A stretch of 64,000 nt of DNA from an uncultured Gammaproteobacteria bacterium (GTDB lineage Bacteria > Patescibacteriota > Patescibacteriia > Patescibacteriales > UBA12075), in NCBI GenBank assembly GCA_964459725.1, contig CAYWNT010000003.1, positions 47,592 through 111,591 on the forward strand, read 5' to 3'. The notes beneath the pieces were generated by a model. The model saw only the letters and a list, made by a program, of their open reading frames with translations. It was not told the origin of the DNA and ran no database searches. Each line of letters starts with the position of its first letter. Positions within the stretch are counted from its first letter, which is position 1. Position numbers and translations under genes: made by a program. Positions 20,104-30,177 of the stretch are shown here, one piece after another.

Positions 20104-21372
20104 ATGAAAGTAAGAATTTCTTTACTAATCGCAGTAATGTTTATTTTCGCCGCTGCCAGTACAGCTATGGCTGCTAAGGTCTGTAACATTGAACAGCAAG
20201 CAATCGAAGCCGCCAAAGCCCAGGCTATCGCTGCCGAACCTGCAGCAGGAGCTGTTGTGCAAAAAGCGACTGGAAAGTATTCACCAGTCTATGAAATGGA
20301 CGGAGTGAAGTATAAAATCAAGAACAAAGTCCGGTTTGTCCGCCTCAGCGGCAAGACAAAAGGAGATGTTGCAGTAAAACTGTATCGACGTGGTTTTAAG
20401 AACGGTGTTCATATCTTTGAACGACAAATTGTCTTATACAGGGGAACAAGCAAATCAGAAGTTACTCCTGAAATTCTCGAAATGGCTGAAACGATGCTTC
20501 CGCCCAGTGGCGAAGATGTAGCTGACACAACTAACGCAAATGTTGGTTATTGCCAAGTTCTTAAAGCCGGAGAATATGACTGGTGTTTTACTGAGTATTT
20601 AGCCGACCAAGGTTTTGGACCTCCTCAACTTGCCCTTACCACACCCGCGCCTCTTCAGAAAGGCCCTGAAAAGCAAGTTATGACTTCGGAATCTAATATG
20701 CCAAGTGCACCCCGGGCAGTAGCAGAAAAAGCACCTGCCCAGGTCGCTGAAACTGCAAAGCCTGCCGCTGGAGGAGATGCAACTGATCAGATGACCAAAA
20801 CTCTCATTCAGAATAACCAAAGGCAGCTTAAAGTTACCGCCGAAAATCTGAATGTCCTTCGCAAAGATGTAGCAAAGGTCAAAGAGGAGAAAAAAGGACC
20901 AGTTACATGCAACATTCCTGATGCAGACAAAATTTTCTTTGCCAAAGAAATCCTGAGCCTCGGATATAAAGATGTTAAGGAGTTTCAGGAAGTATGGAAA
21001 ATTAATGCGGATGGAATTGTTGGCAACGAAACCTCGAAAAAGGTAGTTGAAGTACTGGCATTAAACACCAAGTACAGCAACATCATCCAGGACCAACTGG
21101 GTGACACTTTAGCTGCTTTCCAAGAATACCATTCCCTGACCCAACGCGGCTCGGTGGATAAAGAGACAATCGACAAAGTCGATTATGTACTCAAGGAAAA
21201 AGCAGCAAAGGAAAAAGCTGACGCAGCCAGACTGGAAAGGCAAACTATCGAAAAATACCTCGAAAGGTCTTTCCCGAAGCCTCACCCTAAGGTGACGCAG
21301 AAGTCCTGCCTCGTGTGTCACGTCAATATTCCAAAGACCGCTGACTGCAATAAGTCAGCGACCCAAAATTAA
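20104..21372 (+). CDS. Secreted protein with peptidoglycan-binding-like repeats and a C-terminal CxxCH
   Basis: Signal peptide, SD AAGGAG, VKEFQ...ADGIVGNET and AFQ..HSL..G.VD.ET repeats, CLVCH. Confidence 0.7.
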   Translation: MKVRISLLIAVMFIFAAASTAMAAKVCNIEQQAIEAAKAQAIAAEPAAGAVVQKATGKYSPVYEMDGVKYKIKNKVRFVRLSGKTKGDVAVKLYRRGFKNGVHIFERQIVLYRGTSKSEVTPEILEMAETMLPPSGEDVADTTNANVGYCQVLKAGEYDWCFTEYLADQGFGPPQLALTTPAPLQKGPEKQVMTSESNMPSAPRAVAEKAPAQVAETAKPAAGGDATDQMTKTLIQNNQRQLKVTAENLNVLRKDVAKVKEEKKGPVTCNIPDADKIFFAKEILSLGYKDVKEFQEVWKINADGIVGNETSKKVVEVLALNTKYSNIIQDQLGDTLAAFQEYHSLTQRGSVDKETIDKVDYVLKEKAAKEKADAARLERQTIEKYLERSFPKPHPKVTQKSCLVCHVNIPKTADCNKSATQN

Positions 21373-21397
21373 TAATAATCACCAACCCTCCCCCCAC

Positions 21398-21440
21398 CCC
21401 GGGAAAGTTCGAAAACGAACTTTTCCGGGGTATTTTTTTT
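21398..21440 (+). terminator. Intrinsic terminator
   Basis: CCCGGGAAAGTTCG-aaaa-CGAACTTTTCCGGG followed by a T-tract. Confidence 0.8.
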
Positions 21441-21458
21441 CTAAAAATCATCAATAAA

Positions 21459-22201
21459 AAAAGTCTATAATTTCCGCGGTCGTGGAAATTATAGACACTT
21501 CATCTTATATTAAAAAATATAAATTTTACTCTACTGCCACATCAACAACTTCATCCATGCATATTATAATTTAAATTTTTGCTTAAGCAATAAATCATTA
21601 CTAATATTATCAGCAAATATCAATATTACGTATTTCTCTATCTTGTAATGCCTGGCCAACTCTTGAATATCGTCAAATTCTCCTAGCGGATTAACCCAAA
21701 TGCTATTTTGAAGCTTTTGGAAACCGGCACATTTAAGAGAATCTCGAAAACAATCTCTTTTGTTGCGCAATTTTTCAGGAATATCAAATATCACAATCCT
21801 CCATTTTTTATCCCATTTTTCTTCAAGTCTTTTCTTGTTAAATCGTGCTTTTAATACTCTTCCCAGGCCTTTTGCTGAAAATCCCCTCCTGTCAAAATAT
21901 CCAAATTTTTCCATGTGATAAATTTGCTTATATATCCTCCTTCTTTCCTCGTTGTCCTCAATATCCCTCCTAACCGATTCGTAATACTCCCAATACCAAA
22001 ACTTCTTCATACTAAAAGACGATTGAATAAATTGATCCAGACCATTAGACAAATCTATTAAAATCTCCTTGAAATGCTTATTGTTCTCCATGCTGCTTTA
22101 TAAATATATTTTAATTTCCCCACAACAAATTACAAAGCAAGAATGCCACACCAAAAATAAAGTGTCAACTTTTTCCACGACCGCGGAAATTATAGACTTT
22201 T
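21459..22201. mobile_element. Putative 743-bp mini-element: PaaX/Cas2-like gene between 30-bp terminal inverted repeats
   Basis: AAAAGTCTATAATTTCCGCGGTCGTGGAAA at 21459-21488 and its exact reverse complement at 22172-22201. Confidence 0.6.
21564..22091 (-). CDS. PaaX-like protein (wHTH-like N-terminus plus Cas2/VapD-like domain)
   Basis: WDKKWRIVIFDIPE..R..RD..R..L...GF..LQNSIWV signature; no cas1 or array nearby. Confidence 0.8.
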   Translation of the reverse strand: MENNKHFKEILIDLSNGLDQFIQSSFSMKKFWYWEYYESVRRDIEDNEERRRIYKQIYHMEKFGYFDRRGFSAKGLGRVLKARFNKKRLEEKWDKKWRIVIFDIPEKLRNKRDCFRDSLKCAGFQKLQNSIWVNPLGEFDDIQELARHYKIEKYVILIFADNISNDLLLKQKFKL

Positions 22202-22223
22202 GGCTTTCGACTCGCGAAGCGCC

Positions 22224-23693
22224 CTAGCGCGTAGCTCCACTATAGGTAATCGCCTGCATCACATTCCACTCCTCTGTTGTAGATGGATATCTCCCAAAGA
22301 TGCTCTTGAATATGCTTATTCCCTTTCTCTCACTGTCCAGATTCCTATTTTCTGCTCTCTGCCTAAGTCCATAAGCCATTACTGTTATGGCGGCATTGTC
22401 ATGACTATTGCTCATATTTGGGCTTCTTTTGTATATCTTTTGAAAGTTACTGTTAGCCCTAGCTTCAGACTCTCTACTTCGCTCCTTTGGCCATCTGCCG
22501 TTTACAATCTTTATTAGGTCCTGCCATTCCATTTCCCATTTTGGCCTGTCGCCAAAGGCTTGCTCATATGAATACACCACAGCCGCTCTCTCGCCCTGTC
22601 CGAGTCTGATTGAATTTGCGTCCACCCCGTTATTGATAAAATTATCTACCGCTTCTCTGTATTTATTCTGCCTGATAGTCATTCTGTCTCTAGCTTTTTC
22701 CGGATAGAGAAGAAAATCATTAACCAAGCTGCCAAAAACTGTTAAACTGGACCAATTATCCTCCTCAAACATCCTGGGTTTCCAGGCATCATGCCAACAC
22801 CAGGCAGTGAAGTGCAGACCATTCTCCTCAATATACTCAGAGATAGGTAAGCCAAAATTAGCTCTATTGGTTTCTGATTTGTAATCCCCTGTTTCTTCAA
22901 AGCCCCACTCTGTAACAACCACCGGGTATTTCTCATGAAGACCGTCTAAGGCTGTATTCCAGTCTAGGTAGTTATCATCTTGCACCTTATAGGCATGCCA
23001 CACATATCCAACATTGTATCCATTTATCGGATTGTCTTTTATTCCTCTCAAGTCATAGCTCCAGTAAACTCCTGGAATCAAAACTAGATTTTCTGCGCCA
23101 TTCCCCCTGACGAGTCCATAGAGACTCTGCATAGACGGGCGGATGCTACTCCAGTAAATTTCACCTGAGCCAATGGCTGGCTCATTCCATAGCTCGAAAA
23201 TAACTCCCCTATCATCCTTAAATTTCTTGGCAGCATAGCGCCAAAAGTCTCTAGCTACTTCAAAGTCTGACTCATAAGAGTAGTATGACAGCTTGCCTCC
23301 ATTTGTCTTGTGCCATCCATTAGGAAATCCAATTGCGTGCCAATCAATGATTACAAATAATCCCCGGTTTCGTGCTGACTGAATTTCACTCTCAAAGAGA
23401 GACAATCCTCTCGATTTGTCATTCATATACACCCCTGGATGCATTGAAATCCTGACAGTATTTGCATCCCACCCGTTTTTTATCTCACTATAGTCATTAT
23501 TATTATTGCGTTTATCAAGAACTGCTCGATGATGAAAGGATCCCATAGCTACTCCGCGCAGAGTAATCTGGCTCCCATTTAGAAGTATTTTATTCCCTGA
23601 CACAGTAAGCTCATCTCCGTTTGCAACCGAAAAAACAGCATACGGGATGCCTAAAATAAAAAATATTAAAATAATAAAATATTTCATTTTCAT
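22224..23693 (-). CDS. Secreted GH5 glycoside hydrolase with a CPR-type C-terminal domain
   Basis: ANTVR, IIDWH, ELWNEP (acid/base), WHAY, TEWG (nucleophile); C-terminus LGQGERAAV...YSGATR. Confidence 0.88.
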   Translation of the reverse strand: MKMKYFIILIFFILGIPYAVFSVANGDELTVSGNKILLNGSQITLRGVAMGSFHHRAVLDKRNNNNDYSEIKNGWDANTVRISMHPGVYMNDKSRGLSLFESEIQSARNRGLFVIIDWHAIGFPNGWHKTNGGKLSYYSYESDFEVARDFWRYAAKKFKDDRGVIFELWNEPAIGSGEIYWSSIRPSMQSLYGLVRGNGAENLVLIPGVYWSYDLRGIKDNPINGYNVGYVWHAYKVQDDNYLDWNTALDGLHEKYPVVVTEWGFEETGDYKSETNRANFGLPISEYIEENGLHFTAWCWHDAWKPRMFEEDNWSSLTVFGSLVNDFLLYPEKARDRMTIRQNKYREAVDNFINNGVDANSIRLGQGERAAVVYSYEQAFGDRPKWEMEWQDLIKIVNGRWPKERSRESEARANSNFQKIYKRSPNMSNSHDNAAITVMAYGLRQRAENRNLDSERKGISIFKSIFGRYPSTTEEWNVMQAITYSGATR

Positions 23694-23731
23694 AGTTTAA
23701 AACTTTATACTTTCGACTCGCGCGAAACGCT

Positions 23732-25252
23732 CTAGCGCGTCGCTCCACTATACGTAATTGCCTGCAAAATATTCCACTCCTCTGTTGTGTCAGGATTATG
23801 ATTATAAATATTTCCAAAAATAGTCAGTCCCCACCTCTCACTTTCTAAATTCCTATTATACCACTTTTGTCTCAGACCATAAGCCATGACGACAACTGCT
23901 GCTTCATCATGGGTATTGCTCATATTTGCTTCTCGTTTATACACATTTCTGAAGTTCGCCTTAGCTCGCGCCTCAGCGCTCGCATTTCTCTTTTGCGGCC
24001 ATCTGCCGTTCGCAATTCTTACTACATCATCCATGTCATACCCATCATAAGGCAAACGTCCGTAGGCTTGTCGATAAGAAAAAATAACAGCCAGCCTTTC
24101 TCCTCTACCCAGCCTTCTGGAATTCTCGTCCACCCCATACTTTACAAAATCTATTATAGCATTTCTGGCATAAGCTGACAATGAGCTCATCTCGCCCTCT
24201 ATTATGTCCAACTCAGAAACTCCCCCATTGTCATGCAAAAAATCTTTTACAAATTGCCCGAAATCAGTAACATCATCCCACCTGGCGTTAAACATATTTG
24301 GCTGCCAGTCGCTATGCCAGCACCAGGCAGTAAAATTCAAATCCTTTTCTATTATATAATTTTTAAAATGTCGAGGCCAGTCATCTACCCTAGAGTAGAA
24401 ATGGCTACTGGCATAAGGATCTGTATCAAATCCCCACTCTGTAACTATAATTGGATGACTATTGTGAAGCCCGTCTAGGGCATTATCCCATCTGAGGCTC
24501 TTCCCGCTACCTGGGTAATTATGCCATGCATAGCTAATATTAGAGCCATTTAGAGGATTACTCCTAATGCCTCTCAGGTCATACGACCAGAAAACTCCAG
24601 GTGCGACTATAATATTGTCTGCTCCCTGACTCCTAATTACACCGTATAGTCTATCCATATAGGGTCTGAGGTCGCTCCAATCGATTGTTCTACTTTTATC
24701 TGCTGGCTCATTCCATATTTCAAAAAGCACTCCTCTGTCTCCCCTATATTTTCTGGCAATGTATTTCCAGAAGGTTTCGGCGTTTCTTAGGTTGGTGCCG
24801 AAATAATCATCTCCAAACCTATTTCTGTTCCAGGGCTTATGCCATCCGTCTGGAAATCCTATTGCGTGCCAATCTATGATCACAAAGAGCCCTTGATTCC
24901 TGGCTGCTTCCACCTCGCTCTCAAGATACGCTTTCATATCTCGCTCTTCTTGCTTAAATATTCCGGGGTGAACTGAGAGTCTAACCGTATTTGCTCGCCA
25001 TTCGTTTTTTATCTCAGCAAAATCTCCAACTCCTCTTCCTTCGTATTCCTCTCTATAATAAGGGCTCCCCACGGCCACGCCTCGAAGCAACTTCTTCTCG
25101 CCGTTATATTCAATATTTTTTCCCTTCACCTCCAGCTTGTTAGTATTTGTATACAAAAAATCAAAGAACCACGCGTGTGCGCTTTTCTTCGGTAAAACAA
25201 TTCCTCCCAATATTAAAATAATACTAAAAACAAATACAACTAATCTTCTCAT
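23732..25252 (-). CDS. Secreted GH5 glycoside hydrolase, tandem paralog
   Basis: EIWNEP, WHNY, TEWG and the same C-terminal domain ending YSGATR. Confidence 0.88.
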   Translation of the reverse strand: MRRLVVFVFSIILILGGIVLPKKSAHAWFFDFLYTNTNKLEVKGKNIEYNGEKKLLRGVAVGSPYYREEYEGRGVGDFAEIKNEWRANTVRLSVHPGIFKQEERDMKAYLESEVEAARNQGLFVIIDWHAIGFPDGWHKPWNRNRFGDDYFGTNLRNAETFWKYIARKYRGDRGVLFEIWNEPADKSRTIDWSDLRPYMDRLYGVIRSQGADNIIVAPGVFWSYDLRGIRSNPLNGSNISYAWHNYPGSGKSLRWDNALDGLHNSHPIIVTEWGFDTDPYASSHFYSRVDDWPRHFKNYIIEKDLNFTAWCWHSDWQPNMFNARWDDVTDFGQFVKDFLHDNGGVSELDIIEGEMSSLSAYARNAIIDFVKYGVDENSRRLGRGERLAVIFSYRQAYGRLPYDGYDMDDVVRIANGRWPQKRNASAEARAKANFRNVYKREANMSNTHDEAAVVVMAYGLRQKWYNRNLESERWGLTIFGNIYNHNPDTTEEWNILQAITYSGATR

Positions 25253-25278
25253 TGATTTATTAAATGACGTATTGTGTT

Positions 25279-25494
25279 TTAAACAATAGTATTTCCAATA
25301 ACTATAGCGGCTCCAATAATTACAGAAGCTATCACTATAGCTGCGGCAATGTTTCCATTTTTAATTTCTTCCCACTCTTTAATTGGAGTTAGCCAATTAA
25401 AGATCTTCAACATGAAAGCTAGTGAAATTGCCATGGATATGGCGCCTACAATCGCCCATCCAAATGTAAATAAATACTCTCTAAAAATAATCAT
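25279..25494 (-). CDS. DUF350 membrane protein
   Basis: Two TM helices with TP..WEEIKNGNIAAAI. Confidence 0.8.
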   Translation of the reverse strand: MIIFREYLFTFGWAIVGAISMAISLAFMLKIFNWLTPIKEWEEIKNGNIAAAIVIASVIIGAAIVIGNTIV

Positions 25495-25511
25495 AATTTT
25501 TTTCTGGAATC

Positions 25512-26528
25512 TTAGTTTGATTCCTTATTTAATTTTAAAATTTTTCTAACTTTTCCATTTTCACCCTCCCATCTTTTGTTGTCTTTTTCAATAAATTCAT
25601 CTATGTTTTTTTTGATTTTATCTTCTTCTTCAACTGCCTCTTTAATTCTCTTTGCCAGTTTTTCCGAATCTGACTTTACAAATAATCCCACCTCTCCAAA
25701 ATAATGCCTCAGAACTTCAGTATCTGAAGTGATAAATGGCTTCCTTAGTGCCATAATCTCTCTTATTGACCAAAGCACTGTATCTTCCCTTGAGGTAAAA
25801 GCTAGCACTACTCGAGAGCGCCACATCAGCCTCATGAAATCATCATGATTTAGATACCCGGTAAGCACCACATTTGAAGGAGTAGTCTCTTTGATATTTT
25901 TGTCCTTTGGCACCGATCCAGTTACAAAAAAGGTGGCCTCTTTCATTAGCTCGGCCGCCCTAAACACAGTTTGCCAATCATCATCATTTGCAAATCTATT
26001 TACCATAAAAATAGGCAACTCCGACTTCTCAGCCTTCTCAGCCAAATCCTGGTTCTTCATCTCTCCTTGCAGTAAACCGAGGTCATACTTTGGATTATAG
26101 TTCTGAAGGACAAAGGCAGGCTCAATCCCCCACTTTTCCAAAATTTCCAAATTTTTATAATTATGGGCAGTGTTTAAATCAGCTCTCTTCGCCACAAACC
26201 GAAAAAGAGGGAAAAAGAAACGCCACTTCTTATCCAGGAAAGCTGCTGTATGCGAATCAATCGCTAACCTAGAACGAAATATCAAGCAGTACAACCAACT
26301 AACAATTGGCGCAAAAACAGGAGGATTTTGCACGCATACTACTTCTGGCCTCTTTTTAATGAGCAACACAAAAGTCATAATGCTTTGCACAATATACCTT
26401 ATTATTGTGGGCAAAGGAATAAACCAAATTTTCTTTATATAAATCTGATTAAACTCTGCACCAATCCCCTTTGATAAATATTTACTTTTTTCAGATTCCC
26501 GTCCCCAGGAAATAAAAATTGCCCTCAT
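25512..26528 (-). CDS. GT-B glycosyltransferase (GT4-like)
   Basis: QNPP, DSHTAAF, LTGYL, E.MAL.KP.ITSD; start placed at MRAI. Confidence 0.8.
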   Translation of the reverse strand: MRAIFISWGRESEKSKYLSKGIGAEFNQIYIKKIWFIPLPTIIRYIVQSIMTFVLLIKKRPEVVCVQNPPVFAPIVSWLYCLIFRSRLAIDSHTAAFLDKKWRFFFPLFRFVAKRADLNTAHNYKNLEILEKWGIEPAFVLQNYNPKYDLGLLQGEMKNQDLAEKAEKSELPIFMVNRFANDDDWQTVFRAAELMKEATFFVTGSVPKDKNIKETTPSNVVLTGYLNHDDFMRLMWRSRVVLAFTSREDTVLWSIREIMALRKPFITSDTEVLRHYFGEVGLFVKSDSEKLAKRIKEAVEEEDKIKKNIDEFIEKDNKRWEGENGKVRKILKLNKESN

Positions 26529-26577
26529 GTTTGCAAAAATAATTGAAAAATTAGATAATATAATGTAATATAAATTT

Positions 26578-27984
26578 ATGAACAAAATGACCAGAACAAT
26601 CTATATCGCAGCCATGACCTTCCTCTTTTTTATGCTTTTGGCCCAATTATACACTGTAGATTGGGGCGCCAAAGGCTTCTTACCGATTGCTACTCTCCTG
26701 ATCCTGTCTTTATTACTCCTAGCACTTCTGAATTTTAGATACTTAGTGCTGTTTTTGATTTTATCAGCACCTACTATTTTTATGTTTAACTACATAAAAA
26801 TCAACATTTCAAGCACTATTCCCTTTGTTGAGCTGCCACAAATTCTAATGAATCCGATATCAGTGCTATATTTATTAATCATCTTCATTTCAATCATCAC
26901 CATAATTGAAAAAAAAGACGAATTAAAGCGTATTCCTTTACGTATTATTATACCATTGTCATCTTTTTATGTCATTCTTTCTGTTCTCTGGTCTATTGAT
27001 AAACAACTTAGCTTTATTGAGGCCATTTACTACATAGTTCCTTTCTGTTTTTTTGCTCTGTCTTTCTTGCTATTTAATAGTAGAAAACATTTTCTGTCTT
27101 TGGTGTATGTAGTCTTAGGATCTTCCATTATTCCTGTAATCATCTCTTTGCGTCAGATAATATCCGGAGATTACTTTTATGAGCCAAGCTCAACACTGGG
27201 AAGAATCACTGGCACCTTCACTCACCCAAACTCATATGGCTTGTTTTTATTTTTAATTCTTGCGGTTGGGTTTATATTTTTAGTTTCAAAAAGAAAAAAT
27301 AATTTATCAAAGAATAAAACACTCGCTCTCTCCCTGCTTTTACTGTTTGTACTTTTTGTAATGACATATTCCAGAGTTTCCTGGGCAGCCTTAGTTTTAT
27401 TTGTCGGTATCATGCTTCTTGCCAAGAAAAAAATATTTATCCCGCTCGCTTTGTCATCTCCAATTATCATAGGAGTGCTCATGCTTTTTGAAAATATCAG
27501 AATGCGTATAATGGACGTCTTTATTTCTTCCAATCTAAGCTCGTGGACAGCCAGAACTAACATCTGGAAAATCTCTCTAAAGGAATTTCTAGACAAACCA
27601 ATATTTGGCCATGGAATCGGAACATCATCTGAAGTGATTGAAAAAGCCAAAACATGGATTGGCGGAACTTCCCTCCCTCATAACGATTTCGTGTTATTCG
27701 GACTTGAACTCGGAATAATAGGCATCCTTTTTTACACCATCATTTCTCTCCTTGCCATATTTTTGTCTTTCAAGTACTACACAAGCTTCAAAAAAACAAA
27801 AGAAGAAAATTTAAATATAGATATTAGTATTTTTGGCTATGGATTATTTGTTATCCTAATATCAATCCTCTTCTCTGGCCTCTTTGAGTCTACATCTCAA
27901 AAAATCATCATCCAGATCATTATCTGGAGTCTTGTGGGCGGATTCTTCGGAATCGCGAATAAAGAAAAGAGCCACACTAACTAG
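26578..27984 (+). CDS. O-antigen ligase/polymerase (Wzy_C) membrane protein
   Basis: Polytopic; R..GTF.HPN, TYSR, R..IW, GHGIG, PHN motifs. Confidence 0.85.
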   Translation: MNKMTRTIYIAAMTFLFFMLLAQLYTVDWGAKGFLPIATLLILSLLLLALLNFRYLVLFLILSAPTIFMFNYIKINISSTIPFVELPQILMNPISVLYLLIIFISIITIIEKKDELKRIPLRIIIPLSSFYVILSVLWSIDKQLSFIEAIYYIVPFCFFALSFLLFNSRKHFLSLVYVVLGSSIIPVIISLRQIISGDYFYEPSSTLGRITGTFTHPNSYGLFLFLILAVGFIFLVSKRKNNLSKNKTLALSLLLLFVLFVMTYSRVSWAALVLFVGIMLLAKKKIFIPLALSSPIIIGVLMLFENIRMRIMDVFISSNLSSWTARTNIWKISLKEFLDKPIFGHGIGTSSEVIEKAKTWIGGTSLPHNDFVLFGLELGIIGILFYTIISLLAIFLSFKYYTSFKKTKEENLNIDISIFGYGLFVILISILFSGLFESTSQKIIIQIIIWSLVGGFFGIANKEKSHTN

Positions 27985-28032
27985 CATGGCTCTTGTGTTT
28001 AAACCGCTGTTTTTGGCGGTTTTTTTGTTTTG

Positions 28033-29049
28033 CTACCACCCGTAGAATACATATCGACGAACTGGGCCTGGATAATTACCAGAATAACTCTGTCCCGATA
28101 CCCAAACACTGCCATCGGCTGGAGTGATTGAGTACAACTCATCTCCGCAAGGACCGAAGTCATGGAATCCTTCTCCGTCAAACATTCCAAGTTTGTCACA
28201 GGGATTCCAATCTTCACCAGATTTTCCAAGAGCGAACCAAATTCGATCTTCTGAATCAATAGCTATAGCATCAATGTATTCATAGTCACTTGGGGCAGGA
28301 AATAAAGTCTCGCCACCATTTTGATATCGTACCAACCCGACCGTATTAATCTCTGAATACCAAATATCACCACTAGAATCAACATCAAAATCTCTATTGC
28401 CATCAACTACAAATTCCAATTCGTTATTAACCAGTCTCAAAATCATATACCCGGTCTCTCTCAACTTTCCAATCCAAAATACATTATTTCGAGATTTTAT
28501 GCTTGTGATGTACCCATCATAACGATCATCGATAATAATTTCACTAAAACCATTATCAAAAATCAAGTCTGAGTTATAATTATTTACCGTGTACAACAGA
28601 TTGTCATCCTCATCAAAATCACCAACCAAGACACCCTGATCATTGGAATCAATGATGCTAACTACTTCTTCCCAGCCATACCCATCAAAAAGAAAACCAT
28701 CACTGGTAAGTATTTGATTGCTACTATCAACCGCAATCGGTCTAGTTGGATGACTTCGCCAATAGGTTTGAGACATAGTGTCATAAGAAAAATAGGTCTC
28801 CCATATAGCTCCGTCATATCTAATGAGCCCAGCCCAATGATCTTGTCGATCCGTGGCCTTGGTAAACCAAACGTTTCCACCATGATCTATCACTACATTT
28901 CCAATATCTCCGTAGTGATCATAGAGTGGAGAATTTATCTCATCATATGTCACAATTCTATCCAGATCTACATCCTCATCAACATCAAAACATCCGAAAC
29001 ACACAAAACTCGCCATACATAAAAGAATAATACAAATCCGATTTTTCAT
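28033..29049 (-). CDS. Acidic beta-propeller lipoprotein
   Basis: Lipobox CFGC, D.SG.IW/D.EDRIW propeller repeats, SD AAGGGGAG. Confidence 0.7.
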   Translation of the reverse strand: MKNRICIILLCMASFVCFGCFDVDEDVDLDRIVTYDEINSPLYDHYGDIGNVVIDHGGNVWFTKATDRQDHWAGLIRYDGAIWETYFSYDTMSQTYWRSHPTRPIAVDSSNQILTSDGFLFDGYGWEEVVSIIDSNDQGVLVGDFDEDDNLLYTVNNYNSDLIFDNGFSEIIIDDRYDGYITSIKSRNNVFWIGKLRETGYMILRLVNNELEFVVDGNRDFDVDSSGDIWYSEINTVGLVRYQNGGETLFPAPSDYEYIDAIAIDSEDRIWFALGKSGEDWNPCDKLGMFDGEGFHDFGPCGDELYSITPADGSVWVSGQSYSGNYPGPVRRYVFYGW

Positions 29050-29132
29050 TGCCCATCTCCCTTTGCTAAAGTTGTTTTTTCAAAGAACTTGTAAATATCT
29101 ATTCAAAAACCCGCCAGAAGGCGGGTATTTTT

Positions 29133-30065
29133 TTACGCTATTGCTCTGTCTACTGAATTGATTCTATCCTCTATGTCCCTGCATCCTTTCTCGCGAGGAA
29201 TAAACTTCTTTATTCCATTTTGCACCAAGAATCTGAATTTCGGCCTCTTTCCGATGAGTTCGAGGTACTTAGTCTTACTTACATAGTCCTGAAATCCGTA
29301 CAACACAGCTATTAAAAATCCATGCCTGCCGTCTAGAAATCCCAGTCTTAGTATATACATATACGCAAATCTAAAAAAGGCTACAAATGGCAAGAAAAAC
29401 CAAAAATCCTTTATAACTGATTTAGCGTAAATATAATGAGTAAATAATTTCTTCCACTCTATTTGATTTCTCTTTCCTGCCATTTTCAAAATGTAGTTAG
29501 CTTGATATGTTGAGTATCTGTTAAATTTTTCCAGAAAATGATCCAGACTAGGATCGCTAAAATGAAGTATATCGTGTTTTAAATTTTTTGTCTTTTCTTT
29601 GGCAAGAATAATATGAGCGTGCACATCTCGGTCTTCGTACTTGCAGTGTCTCTTGAACAATCTAATATTATAAAGCGGGTATCTCCCTCCCCATCGCAAC
29701 CAATGACCTAGGAAATAATGCCTTCGCGCAATCCCAAATCCGTCATATTTTTCTGCATCTCCAGAATCAAGCAAAGCCAAAATCTCATCACGAAGCTCTG
29801 GAGTTACTTCTTCGTCGCTGTCTAAAAGTAAAATCCATTCATTTTCTGCCTGAGGGATGGCCCAGTTCTTCTGTTTTGCACTATAAACATACTCGTGTTG
29901 CACTACCCGAGCACCTAGCTCTTTGGCGATCTCCACGGTTGAATCGGTGCTAAATGAATCAACAACAAAAATCTCATCAGCCCAAGAAGCTGACTTTATA
30001 CATCCCTCCAATGTATCCTCGACATTAAAAGTCGGGATTATAACTGTTACTTTTTTTCTAGACAT
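29133..30065 (-). CDS. GT2 glycosyltransferase (KdtX/WaaE-like)
   Basis: IIPTFN, VDSFSTD.T, LDSDE, GFLDG..G. Confidence 0.9.
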   Translation of the reverse strand: MSRKKVTVIIPTFNVEDTLEGCIKSASWADEIFVVDSFSTDSTVEIAKELGARVVQHEYVYSAKQKNWAIPQAENEWILLLDSDEEVTPELRDEILALLDSGDAEKYDGFGIARRHYFLGHWLRWGGRYPLYNIRLFKRHCKYEDRDVHAHIILAKEKTKNLKHDILHFSDPSLDHFLEKFNRYSTYQANYILKMAGKRNQIEWKKLFTHYIYAKSVIKDFWFFLPFVAFFRFAYMYILRLGFLDGRHGFLIAVLYGFQDYVSKTKYLELIGKRPKFRFLVQNGIKKFIPREKGCRDIEDRINSVDRAIA

Positions 30066-30177
30066 AGAATTTACCTAGATTGTAGACAATCTAATATTTT
30101 AAACAATACTATATTTAGATGAAAATTAAATTAAGTTTATATAAAAAATAACTCAACACTTTCAACTAATAGCACAA

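Noticed and set aside
21564-22091. CRISPR-Cas locus suggested by the Cas2-like domain
   Set aside because: No cas1 or other cas genes and no repeat-spacer array anywhere in the window
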